NCBI GenBank assembly: GCA_010015805.1
Contig: ML978131.1
Location: forward strand, 620,001-684,000
Direction of reading: 5' to 3'
DNA length: 64,000 nucleotides
DNA from: Rhizodiscina lignyota
Taxonomy: Eukaryota
The first letter of the stretch is position 1. Every line of letters starts with the position of its first letter. The position numbers and the translations under genes are program-made. Of this stretch, positions 12,002 through 24,195 are shown piece after piece. Under the pieces are notes generated by a model. That model was not told where the DNA came from and ran no database searches. It saw nothing but the letters and a program-made list of their open reading frames with translations.

Positions 12002-13851
12002 TGCGGAGAAGCCGTGAGCCTCATGTGCCTTCGAACGCGCTTCGAATAGAGGCGCCAGAAGTCTTAAGAGTCAACAGCGACGGATTGTGAATGATTCATT
12101 TGGACTGAAGGGGAGAGCAAAGAGATTTTGTATTAAGAAAAAGGATTTTACATTGCGCGGTAATAGCCTTGCCGTTGGAAGTTTTGCGCATTTGAGCATT
12201 GTTTCAGCCTCGCAGCCAAGGTTGCTGCAAGACTTGATAGGTCCTTTTAGAGTTGCAGACAAGGGCTGCGAATTCCAGCCAATCCAAAGAGAACACACAT
12301 CTGAAGTTCACCTTTTTGATATGCGCCACACTATATGCAGCAAAGAAACAGTACGTAAGTGATGAGAACGCGAAATGTGTTCGTGGACCACGCTTTTGAG
12401 CAGCAGGAGGCAGGCTCCCTTGGCTCTCCCTGTCCTGTCCTGTCCTGTTAGCGTTCCAACTGCCGGAGTATAGCCAAATTGTCGGCCCGGCACGATACGA
12501 TAGCGTGGTGCCCATTTTCCGTCTCGGAGGCTCGAGAAAACCGTCGAGTGGTTTCAAGGATGAAAGGATATCCTCACGTCATGCCGGATTGCAGACGGGT
12601 TTTTGGACCCAGAACTACGTGGGTTCCAGTATCTTTTCTTGGCTGCTCAATACAGCTTTGTCTAAACTCAGCAGCAGTTAGACAGAGGGTAACTGCTCGT
12701 CGTATTTCCTTCCCCCATGACAATGACAGGGCACGAGATACGCCAGAATCATTAGGAGTTGGCTGTGTGAGAGGTCAAAAAGCAAGTTTCAATGCCGTAT
12801 CCAGGTCAAGCATTTGGCGTGGCCTTATATCATTTCTTGCGTGAAGCATGCTTGCAGATCCTACCCCTATTGAGGAACCCAGGAATGGGTTTTCGATATC
12901 CGTGCCACCCTGCTTCATGGAGTTCGAGCCGCATGGACATCACGATGCCCTCATATCGAATTGCCTCGCACGTGTTTTGTCCATGACAGGGAAGTGGCTT
13001 GAGCGCATGGAACTTCATGTTCCTATCTCGTGTGGCTGACGATAAACCTCCTTGCTCCCCAAACCAATTAGCGGAACGGATGTCGCCGCGCCCATGGACA
13101 ACCCAGAGTGTCCGAAATGATCGATATTTGTCTGAGCCTCTGAGGTCAACCGTGAGGTGGCCCAAGTCCGGGTGGAATCGCTGTGATTGTGAAAAGGGGC
13201 TTCGAGACATTGGATTGACGCGTCTGTTGGGTTGGCGATCTATGTACCGTATTGTGTTATCTTGAGCTTGCATTTAGTCATTGCAGCGGCTCTCTGATCA
13301 GACATTATTCTAGGCAAGTGAGGATTGCGTCTAATGCAGCCATGTGGAGTTTGCAGTGCGGAGAGCGATTCCGGCGTGCAGATCTAGCCTCGTCGAAGTA
13401 AAGTGTTCCACCGACATTACGAAGTCGGTGTCGAGGTGGTCAGAGGGATCAGCCAACAATTGCATGCCCATCACGTCTTCGCTGGGACCTGGAGGCGATG
13501 GGGCAAAATTTGATATGGGTGGGCGAGGCTTGACTGGCCATCCCGGCGTGGAGGATGGGCGACGAAAGCCCAGCCATCGATGCACGTTGACGCCACATCC
13601 CAACGCCGCCCGCCGAGGGCTAGGGCCGTCAATTGCCAGCCCACGTTGCTCCAACAACTTTATCAGAGCGCAGGCTCCTCAGGGTCCAGTTAAATTTCTG
13701 GCGAGCTACTTAAGACATCACTCGCTCGTCAATTGAGCTCCTGACCCTCCCCCTCTTGCTCCTCAAACCTCCCGCGCCGTGCTTTCCAGTGTCCAGTGTC
13801 CAGTTGCACAGAGCCGGTCCCGCAGTCGATCGCCGCGCATCCTTCCTGCAG

Positions 13852-13936
13852 GTGAGCGAGCGCCCTGATACTTAAATTTCGTCACCCGGCAGCTTTTCTT
13901 GGAGCTCCAACTAACAGCTTTTCCGCTGCTCTACAG
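13852..13936 (+). other. Probable 5'-UTR intron of ugp1
   Basis: CAG|GTGAGC donor, CTAAC branch site and CTACAG acceptor, 48 nt upstream of the ATG at 13985. Confidence 0.65.
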
Positions 13937-13984
13937 ATCCTCAACCACCTCACCAAACACTCTTCAAGCCCACAATCAGACACA

Positions 13985-16205
13985 ATGGCGTCAAGAGCGA
14001 TCCCTTCACACCTCAAGCCCGCCGCTGCTGCGAACAACGCAACCAACGGCGATGCTGGCGAGTTTGCCCGCCGACACCATGGCAAGACTCAATCACACGT
14101 GGTGAGTACAGGAACCTTCATTTCAGCTGGTCATGCCTCCTCGAATGCCTCCGTCACATGCTGGAGCTCCTGGCCTTGCTTGCACATCCCTCCGACGCGG
14201 CAAATTTCCGAGCAACACAGGTTTTTGGCTGGCTCGAGCTTTCCGCACAAGGGGTGTGTCCAAGCAAGCGACACTGCTTGACTTCAACGTGGCACAAAAC
14301 TCTACTCGACTCTCGAATACCGACGATATCCTCGAATGGAGCGTATGAAGCAGAGCATCTACGTCATTGATTTCGCGACCAGTGACAAGAAGCGTCTGCG
14401 CCTCGTGAGCACTCCTGCAGAAGCTCCCTTGCCCGGTTTCGCAGACACCGCGGTGTGAAAATCGCCTTTTGGCAAGATCGACAACTCAGCCTCCAACCAC
14501 ACACCGCTCGACACTCGTGCATCCTACGAGCTTGCACATCCAATCGACCTTCAACACTATTTTGAGGCAAAATAGCTTCCAGGAGCTCCAGCTGGCGAAA
14601 TGGGCAGAAACGACTCGTGGAGTGCATGCATCACCAGTTTTGCTTTTCTTTGTCATGGAACATATGCTAACCATTATACCCTCTATAGGCGTTCGAGAAC
14701 ACCTCCACATCTGTGGCGGCCTCGCAAATGCGCAATGCCTTGAACAACTTGGTAGACACAGTCCAGAATCCGGAGGAAAAGAAGGTACGAAGCCCTTCAA
14801 GCATACGAGGGAGAAATCGCTAACACAGCTCTCATAGCGCTTCGAGACTGAGATGGACAATTTCTTCGCACTCTTCCGCAGATATCTCAATGACAAGGCC
14901 AAGGGTACTGCTATCGACTGGGAACGCATCGCTCCCCCGAAGCAGGACCAAGTCGTCGAGTACAGCACCCTTGCCAACTCGGATTCCGTCGAATACCTCA
15001 AGAAGCTCGCGGTTGTCAAGTTGAATGGCGGTCTGGGTACATCTATGGGTTGCGTTGGCCCCAAGTCGGTCATCGAGGTCCGTGATGGCATGTCCTTCCT
15101 CGACCTGTCGGTTAGGCAGATTGAGTACCTCAACCGCACCTACGACGTCAACGTCCCCTTCGTCCTCATGAACTCCTTCAACACCGACGCAGATACCGCC
15201 AACATCATCAAGAAGTACGAGGGCCACAACATCGATATCATGACCTTCAACCAGTCCCGCTATCCCCGTATCCTTAAGGACTCTCTCCTCCCCGCCCCTA
15301 AGACCGCCGACTCTCAAATCTCAGACTGGTACCCACCAGGTCACGGTGACGTGTTCGAGTCGCTCTACAACTCTGGTATCCTCGACAAGCTGATCGACCG
15401 CGGCATCGAGATCATCTTCCTCTCCAACGCTGATAACTTAGGTGCGGTTGTCGATCTCCGCATTCTGCAGCACATGGTTGACACCAAGGCGGAATACATT
15501 ATGGAGTTGACAGACAAGACCAAGGCGGACGTCAAGGGTGGCACAATCATCGACTACGAGGGCTCCGTGCGCCTGCTCGAAATCGCGCAGGTGCCGAAGC
15601 AGCACGTCAACGAATTCAAGTCGATCAAGAAGTTCAAGTACTTCAACACCAACAACATCTGGATGAACCTCAAGGCGGTCAAGCGCGTCGTCGAGAACAA
15701 CGAGCTCGCCATGGAGATCATCCCCAACGAGAAGAGCATCCCGGCCGACAAGAAGGGCGAGGCAGACCTCTCCGTCGTGCAGCTCGAGACCGCCGTCGGT
15801 GCCGCTATCCGCCACTTCTCAAACGCGCACGGTGTCAACGTCCCACGTAGACGCTTCCTGCCCGTCAAGACGTGCTCCGATCTCATGCTCGTCAAGTCCG
15901 ACCTCTACACCCTTTCGCACGGCCAACTGCTCATGGACCCGAACCGCTTCGGCCCGGCGCCGCTCATCAAGCTGGGCAGCGACTTCAAGAAGGTGTCCAG
16001 CTTCCAGTCGCGCATCCCGTCAATCCCAAAGATCGTCGAACTCGACCACCTCACCATCACCGGTGCCGTCAACCTCGGCCGCGGTGTCACGCTCAAGGGC
16101 ACCGTCATTATCGTCGCGACGGAGGGCAGCACGATCGATATCCCGCCCGGCTCGATCCTCGAGAACGTGGTGGTGCAGGGAAGCTTGAGGCTCTTGGAGC
16201 ATTAA
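13985..16205 (+). CDS. ugp1: UTP-glucose-1-phosphate uridylyltransferase (UDP-glucose pyrophosphorylase); exons 13985-14101, 14689-14784, 14838-16205; 526 aa
   Basis: [38 protein letters not shown]-terminal [22 protein letters not shown]-terminus; strong C-ending codon bias; canonical splice sites keep frame. Confidence 0.97.
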
Positions 16206-16765
16206 ACGGGCCCCGTCTCTTGGCTCGGCAACGTGCAGACATGGGTGTGCGCGTTCGGCATGCGGCTGCGAGCGTGCAGGGGCGTGGCTGCGTAGACATC
16301 ATCATGATTGGGATACCGGCAGGCAGGCATAGCTGTTTTTGTTTGCCCACATTTTGCGGTCCTGTACCCTGATACAATTCTCTCTCCGAGCAGATAAGAC
16401 CTTTCGCGGTCTGTAAACTAGACTTTCCATCTTATAATAGCAATTCACGACGAAAAGAAATCCAACACTGGTTAGAAGAACTGGTACTTTGATAAAATGT
16501 GCTGACTTGGATGATATCTAAAATTATCTGCATGTGAATTGTACCTATTGTGGAGGAAAACAGTAGTGTGATATTCATATTCTGGGCTAGTGAGAGGGTA
16601 TCGAGCAGTTGCGGCGACTTGGAGCCTTGCGGTGCAAGTAAAATTACATGCTGGAACATTTATACAAGCTCATTTCATATGCCAAAAATCCTTCAGACCA
16701 CTGATCGGTTTAAAGGCTCGGGAGGAAACGGCATGAAAACTTCGATGCCTCGTTCATCTCTTTTG

Positions 16766-18179
16766 TCAGCCTTGAAGCAACTCCCGGATGCCCGTTAGAC
16801 TATTTCTCAGCGAAGGCGCAAGTGCACTCCCTGACTTCATACATCCCTCCGGCTGCCTTGCCATGGCAATATGCAGCAAGTTCAAAGAATCGGCCTTGCT
16901 GAACATGCCGTTTGAACGCACTGGCTTTCCGGACAGGCGAAATTCGGCCGGAAGCCCCATCAATCGTTCCATAGTGTCGACATGATGCTCGACCATTTGC
17001 AAAAGCACTTTGATAAAGATGCCCCTTCATAGATGGAAGGCCGGCAATGTCGACTTCAGGCATAGCCTCAAAGAACTCAACGACATCAGGTAATTCCCGA
17101 AACGCCACAACCACTCGTCTAAGCATGGCGTCGATGAGCTGCATCAGCTGAAGGTAGCAAGATAGTGATAGGAGCAGCAGTGGTGTACCTAAAGCCTCTA
17201 AATCCGTCGCGGTGGATGTAACCATCCGGAGGGGCGGAACTGTTGACGACGGCGGCAGCGGCTCATCTTGGTCACTACCGCCGAATGGAAGAGATGGAGA
17301 TGTTGAGAGACGGGTAGATGTGCAAGCTGTGGATGATATAGGTGGTTTGGATCTTTCAAGTAAAGATATAAAATCACAAATGCTGAGCAAGAATTGAGCA
17401 AAAGGGTTGCCAATAGGCTCGTGGACACAAGGTCCTTCAGGGAGATAAGGGAGCTGAGGGATTTTCCACTCATAGCCATTGAACATGGAGAGCTGCAGCG
17501 CAACATGCTCATTTAGCCTCGACATGTCTGTGACTAGGTCTGTCGGCATCATTATCGGTTCAGTATCCATGGTCGCATCTGGCAAAGTAGTTGCATTGCT
17601 GTGTATCCTGGTATTTGACGGTTCCAACAATCCAGTCGCTTCCGTTGGACCACTGCCGTCTCCAAGGGCTCGGCTGCTGCCATAGATATCTTGCAGAACT
17701 GATTGCTCAGAGGCTGCGTTTGGATCCTGCAGCATTGCCAATGAATCATTCATTAAGGCAGTGTCATTAGTACCCATCCGAGGGTCGAGGAAACCAAATA
17801 TATCGGACGATTCCCAAGATGGGAATTTGGCTCCTAAGCTGGAGGTTGCTCCAGTCAATGTATCTGGGTGTCCATCTATGGTCGGGGTCATCGGTGACGT
17901 TCTTGATGACATTGAGTCGCTCGCCAGTGAAGCAATAGCTGGATTCCCTCGTTTCCTTGCAGTTCTGCCAGTGTTACAAGATGCTCGTGGCGTGGATCCA
18001 TTGAGACCTGTTGTGCGCGGGCGCCCCGGAGGTCGAGGACTGCCTGTTCTGCACACAGCGCCAGCACGGAGACAGCGAGCACAATCATCAGTGGTTTGAG
18101 AGTTTTCGGTACGCAGGCATCGCAGCTTTTGATCTCTGCAACGATCGCATGCGTGGCGCTTGATCGGTTGTTGGTTCAT
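16766..18179 (-). CDS. Zn(II)2Cys6 transcription factor of the secondary-metabolite-cluster type; C-terminus frameshifted near 17010-17030 (possible pseudogene)
   Basis: KRHACDRCRDQKLRC...CARCLRAGAVC...PPGRPR; the family-like C-terminal block IKVLLQMVEHHVDTMERLMGLPAEFRLS...SLRNSLTGIRELL lies in a different frame (16766-17008). Confidence 0.8.
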
Positions 18180-18449
18180 GCGTAAAATGGCTTGCAAATA
18201 CACCTACGATATGATGGATCAAATCCTGCCGTTCTGATGGTGATGACGAAGCGGAGAAGGTTGCTGAAGCCGAGAATCAGGCGCTTATAGGTCATCAGTG
18301 TCTACTGAAGCCGCTGTTGAATAATTTATAAAGGAGGATGCGACGGCGAATCGGTTGGGATGGCAAAGTTGTGAGGAGGTGAGAGGTGATGGTTCTTGGA
18401 TGTCCCGTATCGTATCTGGGTTGCCAGGAACGTTCTCCCCGCGCTAAGC

Positions 18450-19200
18450 ATTCTCCTATTTAGGTAGATGCTTGGCGTTCTCGTTGGAATTTGTCGCGTA
18501 TCTTACTTTTACGCTAGATGACTCCACCAAAAACTTCAAGTTGGCGGCAAGATCGAAGCGCGTCGCTGTAGGATATTACGTCGACCCAAATTGATACGGC
18601 TACTCGTTTAAGACCTCTAACCGCTAGAAAAGATGGCTTATACCATCTTAAAGGATAAGGATGCGTTCCCGCATCTAGTCCCAAATACGTGCTAACGTTT
18701 TAAAGTATATTAAGGAATAGTAAACCTCCTCCTCAACGTTAAAGTTCCTGTATTACGAAGAAGTTGGTGATCTAGAAAAGTCCTGTATATTAGACGGATA
18801 ATTAGTAATACAAGGTAAGTATACGATAACTTTCTCTATTCTAAGTTTTCTAATAAGATATAGGAACAAGCTGTCGAGGGGAACTCCCCGCGTAGAAACT
18901 TACGCTACTAAACTGCTAATCCTATACCCTACTTAGTGTTTAATACGAGAGATAATTAGTCACTACGGAGTTATAGATCACGTTAGAGTCGCTAGCCTGG
19001 GAATAAGGCCGGGAGTAAAACCTATCGTGATTCCATCCCACCGCCACGGAGAAGGCTACCTAATGACGGAGATACTCTTCTCCTATATTATCGCCATCCC
19101 ACTAACACTACTATAGTTGAGACTGATGATGCGTATCCCCCGCGCGGACCTTGTTTTAAGCTTAATTATAATTCTATCGCGCTCTGGTATCTCCTCATTC
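18450..19200. pseudogene. RIP-like degenerated relic (TpA-rich, stop-riddled) with an intron-like remnant
   Basis: By eye: excess TA/TAG/TAA and scarce CA/TG; remnant CAAG|GTAAGT...CTAAT...TATAG near 18810-18865; no intact ORF. Confidence 0.5.
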
Positions 19201-19660
19201 CACGACGACAGTTGTTCGGACTGACTGGTGGCCCAAGTGTGGTGTTTTTCAAGTAATGCTATTCCCCCACGAAATCGGTTTGAAGTGTTGGTGATATCTA
19301 TTCTTGGCTGGCTCGCCGCCACTAAGTAGCTTCGCCGAACAACTCATGTCAATCTCCAAATGATATTTCACGATGCCGCCACGTGCTTAAGGAGGGTATC
19401 GACGCTTGAGTCTGTGTCAACGGAACTCCTGATGGCCAGAGAGGATTATGCTCCTGGGCTTAAATACCTCGACCTAGGCGTCAAGAGTATTCGGCGAGGC
19501 CAATTTCTAGAATACTCTCAAGAGCCTTTCAATCACTAATTCGTTGCACATTGATCACTTTCAATCTTCTCTTCGTTGTCTCATTGAAGTGTCTGTTCGG
19601 ACACCTTTATTTGACCTTGCGTAACTGACAAGAGTCTAACGTCTCTCCTTCGAAGCTAGT

Positions 19661-21473
19661 ATACGATCATTGAATATTATCACCCTCTACCTCGCGGTAC
19701 TGGCAAATGCTATTGCAGACTTGCCAGACGACTTCACAGGCAAGCCTAGATATAGCGCAGTTTCGAAGACAACTAAGGGCCTTCCTGCAATCACTAAAGC
19801 TGCAGATGTCCATAAACCATTCGGAAACCATTTCGAGAAGCATGAATCGAGGCTGGCGAAGAGGCAATTCAGCAACGAAACCCATTTCACTGTTACTCCA
19901 AACACTACTTCTTCAGCAACCTCGACCAGCACATATTCAGTAGGGGCCTTCCTCTGTCCTCCCGCTTTACCCAGTAATGATCCTATATCGTTCGTGAAGT
20001 CAGGAGCTGTGGAGTTCCTAGACGATTTCCTTGGTGCTCATTCTCCCCCTGGTATGGAAATGTCACGCTATATGTTCTTATACCCTAGCGGCTGACAATC
20101 TCTTTCAGGAGCCCATGGAGCCATCCCAGACAACTGGCTTAATGTCATGGATTCAAATACGACAAACGATGGCAACTTCCAGTCTGCTCTGGATTGTCGG
20201 GAGTTGGGTGGGGAAACATGCCCAATTCCAACTGAAGATTGCAAAACCTTTACACCACCAGCAGGTAAATGACAATCCTTAAAGATATCATTATAATGTC
20301 TTAGATTTTCTTCTCCTTCAACCAACAAAGCTGACTGATCTACAAGTTTGGTGGATAAGGGTAGCGGCTACGCAAGCCCACGACTTCTTTACACGCGCCC
20401 ACGAGACTTTGCAAGATGCTACTATACTGGACGCTCTTCAGATAGACCAAATTGTGAACGACTTTACCATTCCCCAACCGGATCCCAACAGCTTGGGCAA
20501 CCAGGGAATCATCGCGGATGTCTTAAAAGCTCTCTCACCTGTCTTTTCCATGGGAGACAAAGTCATCAAACAGGAATCCGGCTTTGGCCCGACAGCGGAC
20601 GCGCTGGGGTTTATCGGCGGAGCAGTCAACGAAGCAGCTGCAGACATAACTCTTGCTGATCCGAGTGGCGCTGCTGGAGAAGCCCTTGACAATCTTGGCG
20701 ACATGACAAGAGCGGCAGAGCGCACGTTGGCAAACGCGTTCAACAAGACAAACATAAACATTGCGAACGCGAATCGCGTGCTTTTTGGCGACTCTACAGG
20801 CGATTCCAATGCCTTCCAAGCCATCATTCGTGGCGCTGCAACGGCCGGCGCTACTATAGATCCTAACTTATTTTCGCAGACCGCTCTATTCGCGACCGGC
20901 TTTTTCACCGTGGATCCTGACTCGGCGCAAGCCAGTCTCAAGAATGGCCTCCTAGCAGGTATAAACCTGCTACAGCAGCAGCTTGTCGGCGCAGTGTTAG
21001 CGGCCCAGCATGTCGTAGTTTTCCAAAATCTGAACGGCAACCAACAGGGCTGTGACGCCGTCTCAAGCAACGGGAAATTCCTCGACAACACTTGCTTCAC
21101 GATGGCACAGGCGCACATCCTCGCCGGCAACGGCAAGAGTGACAGCAGCGATCTCTCAGCCGACATCATGAACAAGTTGCAGGGACCCCCTTACAACATC
21201 AACCTCGAGTCGCTTTACCGCAACGTCCAGGCCTGCAACAACGCCAAGACGCCAAACACTGGAATCACCTTCGATGGTGACTTCCCGTCATGTGCCTTCG
21301 GCTTGCCTTTCATGAGCGCTAAGGACCGGATCTGTAACGTGGCGAGCCGTGGTCCGTTCGATCGCAGTTTCCAGTTCGATCGTTGCTTCAACGCGCCGGA
21401 CACGACGTTCACTGAAGACGGAGGGTTCGAAACGCCCTCTCCCGGCGAGAACTGCATTGTGAGCGGCTGTTGA
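19661..21473 (+). CDS. Secreted Cys-containing protein of unknown function; three exons; start codon appears to be ATA instead of ATG
   Basis: Signal-peptide-like (I)RSLNIITLYLAVLANA; Kex2-like LAKR|QF; introns ~20052-20108 and ~20264-20346 join the ORF pieces in frame; Cys-rich C-terminus. Confidence 0.65.
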
Positions 21474-21999
21474 ACGAGTCGGTCAAGCTACACGGCTGGG
21501 AGTTCGCTGATTGCCTCGGTGGATGCAAAACCGAGGGGTTTCACTTATTTCTTTTGTATTTAATCGGCCCGAGAGCCCTCTGCTCTCGCGTCCCTCTCTT
21601 TCCTTTAGTTTATAAGCTTTCGAAACCTTTTCACGAATTCTCACAACATTCATCGGTATATCGTGATATTCATTCGACGGCGGCACGAACTGCCCGGGAA
21701 AGATGAAGCGTTGGTGGGATTAAGCATCATCTCCCTTGGCGTCTGGTTTACTCGCAATCAAACACTCGTTTCATAATGTACGGTATCCATTCTTTCACTA
21801 ATGCTGCATACTCTCTTTCTCGGCATACCGGTCTAGCATTTTGCGCGTAGTTCAAGCAACTGGATATTTTCCTCCTGCCTGCAAATCTCGTTCGTACCTT
21901 TCATGGAGTATTGCTGTTGCTCTCATTTGTACACTTGAATCTTGATTGCCATAGATGTGCTCCGTGTTACCATAGTATCGAGACTAGAGTTCTATGGCG

Positions 22000-23000
22000 G
22001 GCTCGGGTGTACCAACGAATAGACGTAGCTTAACACAGGCTCATACGTCCATTCGTCAAACCTCTAAGGATAAATCTTCATTTCAATGAAACCCCTAAGG
22101 AGAGGCACTAAATGATCATTGCAGAATTGATATAGAACCCATCCGGTTCTTTAGTCTAAAGGGCTATCTAGGACTTAATTGAGCCTCTACACGCCGCAGG
22201 CGAATAGCCTATCAATAGCTTACATATCATCACATCTTCACAATAGCAGCGGCTCGGCAGAATCGGCGACTCTAGTCAACAGCAATACAGCATATCAAGA
22301 CGATTCATTCTTCAGGGTGGAAATTCACAGATACTACTCACTTGATTAGGAGCGTATCGCGAACAACCGTCTGAGGGTAAGAGTGATAATGCAGATGGGT
22401 CACAGGGAAACGCCAATGAAGCGCGCATGGGCGTCTTGCTGTACGGAAAATGGAAACCAAGCAGGCGTGGCGAAGAAGGCCACGTATTGAACACAGCTCA
22501 AGGTAAGCCAGGCACTGTAGCATACGTCTTGCTTTTTCCCGACGTCTATCCAATTTAGAGCGGGAAGTGGAACTTTTCTATGTATAACGAGCTCGCTCTC
22601 CTTCTGTCAGACTTTGTCGATAGCAGACTATAGTGTACTACTGGCCAGTCAAGCGAAGAGGAACCTAACCGAACTTGAGAGCTGCCCTATACACTACGAG
22701 AAATTGCTGTCTTTAGAGGCATCTCCCATTATGACTGGGTATTATATTTGCTACGTCAAGATGGTTGCGGTTTAGAGGCTTACGCCAAATCAGAGGAGCT
22801 CTTACTGCTCTGGAGAAGAAGTTTAAGAACAAATAGCATGAAAAGTCCTTGTAGCTCTCGAGTCTTAGTACGTAATGGGCGGCGGCGCACTTTGAGTTTA
22901 ATAAGGAAGTTAACGCACGGCTCGAGATACCAGCGATCCAGCGAAGCAATTAGTCTCGGTCGATTCCAAGGCCCAAAAATGCGCGCTCAGATGACGGATT
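22000..23000. pseudogene. Possible second RIP-like gene relic
   Basis: TA-rich; one + frame near 22750-22960 reads like protein (RGALTALEKKFKNK*HEKSL*...WAAAHFEFNKEVNARLEIP) broken by TAG/TAA stops. Confidence 0.3.
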
Positions 23001-23173
23001 TTGGTTGCTAAAAGAATGATTGCAACTAGTATAGATACCCTATCCAAACTTGAAACCAAGAGACCAAAATGAATCGAAACTTCCCAACACCTGCGCCAAA
23101 TCAACCGGAATATAAAGTGTCCTGGGGTTCCATTGTTCAGTCTGACTTGCTGAACCACCGTTGATTCCCATCC

Positions 23174-23640
23174 TCACGCCCCTGGAATTTTAGAAGAACA
23201 TTCGCCAAGAAGAAATGCCAATCCTTTACTCGGGAAATCAATTTTTTCTACCACACCCTCGACCGTCAGGCTACCGCAGTCGAATCCTGAATTTTGAATG
23301 ATGCGGTTGAATTCGTCTAGCCTGTCGCAATGAAACGAGCATACCGCGGCACCACCCAGCTCCTCTATCATTAGAGCAACAACTTCAGATGCAGGCTCTG
23401 TTGGAATCGAAATCAGCGAATTGCATTTTTTCCTGCGTAAGAAAGGTATGACAGAGCTACATCGCACGAGGGGTATAGAGTAAACGTACGCTGTAGGCTC
23501 TCGAACCCAACATCGAGATCAATAGGTGTTGAAGTAAAGTTACCATCCGCGCCGATCAATCGAATGCTAGCCTTTGTGGGCACTTGGCAGAAAGTTGGAG
23601 AGGCAGCGAGAAGTAGCCCGAGAAGAACGACTAGGATCAT
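23174..23640 (-). CDS. Small secreted Cys-containing protein (effector-like); one intron, exact splice phase uncertain
   Basis: Clear signal peptide MILVVLLGLLLAASPTFC; second exon has 5 Cys; TATATAA box upstream (~23725). Confidence 0.55.
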
Positions 23641-24195
23641 TTCGAATAAGATTCTTTGATGTAACGACTCTAACGAGTTGAAGCTATAACGATCAATTAA
23701 GAGCAGTATCGCAAATCATCACTTATATAGAGAGATGCAAATATGTATTCCACGCATGTTGTGAGCTGCGTAGACATAATTTCGCGCGTGGAGAATCAAT
23801 TTGGTGTTCGTATTAACTGTGGTGTATTCTCGTCCGTAGTGGTCAGCGGAAACAAGTCAGCGGAGTTGACTTGGGGGTATCAAAGGTCATAAAGGATTCG
23901 GCCCACGTGGAGGAGGCGTGAATACGGATTTACGTCTGCTATAGTATTTAAATAGTACTAGAGAATTAAGCAGCTAGTCCAGGCGAGGAAAATGTGTGAT
24001 CCCAAAGCGCATCGCGCAGCCGCAACCTCGTTGACAAAAGTATTGGCAGCTTTCTGTGAGAAGATGAAAATACCGCTCCATCCAATAACTGACTTTAGTC
24101 TACAGTGTCGATAATAGCCACGCGTCTCTCTCCGCCTTATCATTTATAACCAGAGCTATAAATCGCGTTACCATGCACTCGCACAAAGTTCCACA

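Noticed and set aside
12400..13740. Several 100-150 aa ORFs upstream of ugp1
   Set aside because: No motifs; consistent with a long divergent intergenic/promoter region
14832..16377. Antisense and alternate-frame ORFs over ugp1 (similar cases over other genes)
   Set aside because: Expected by-product of strong GC3 codon bias
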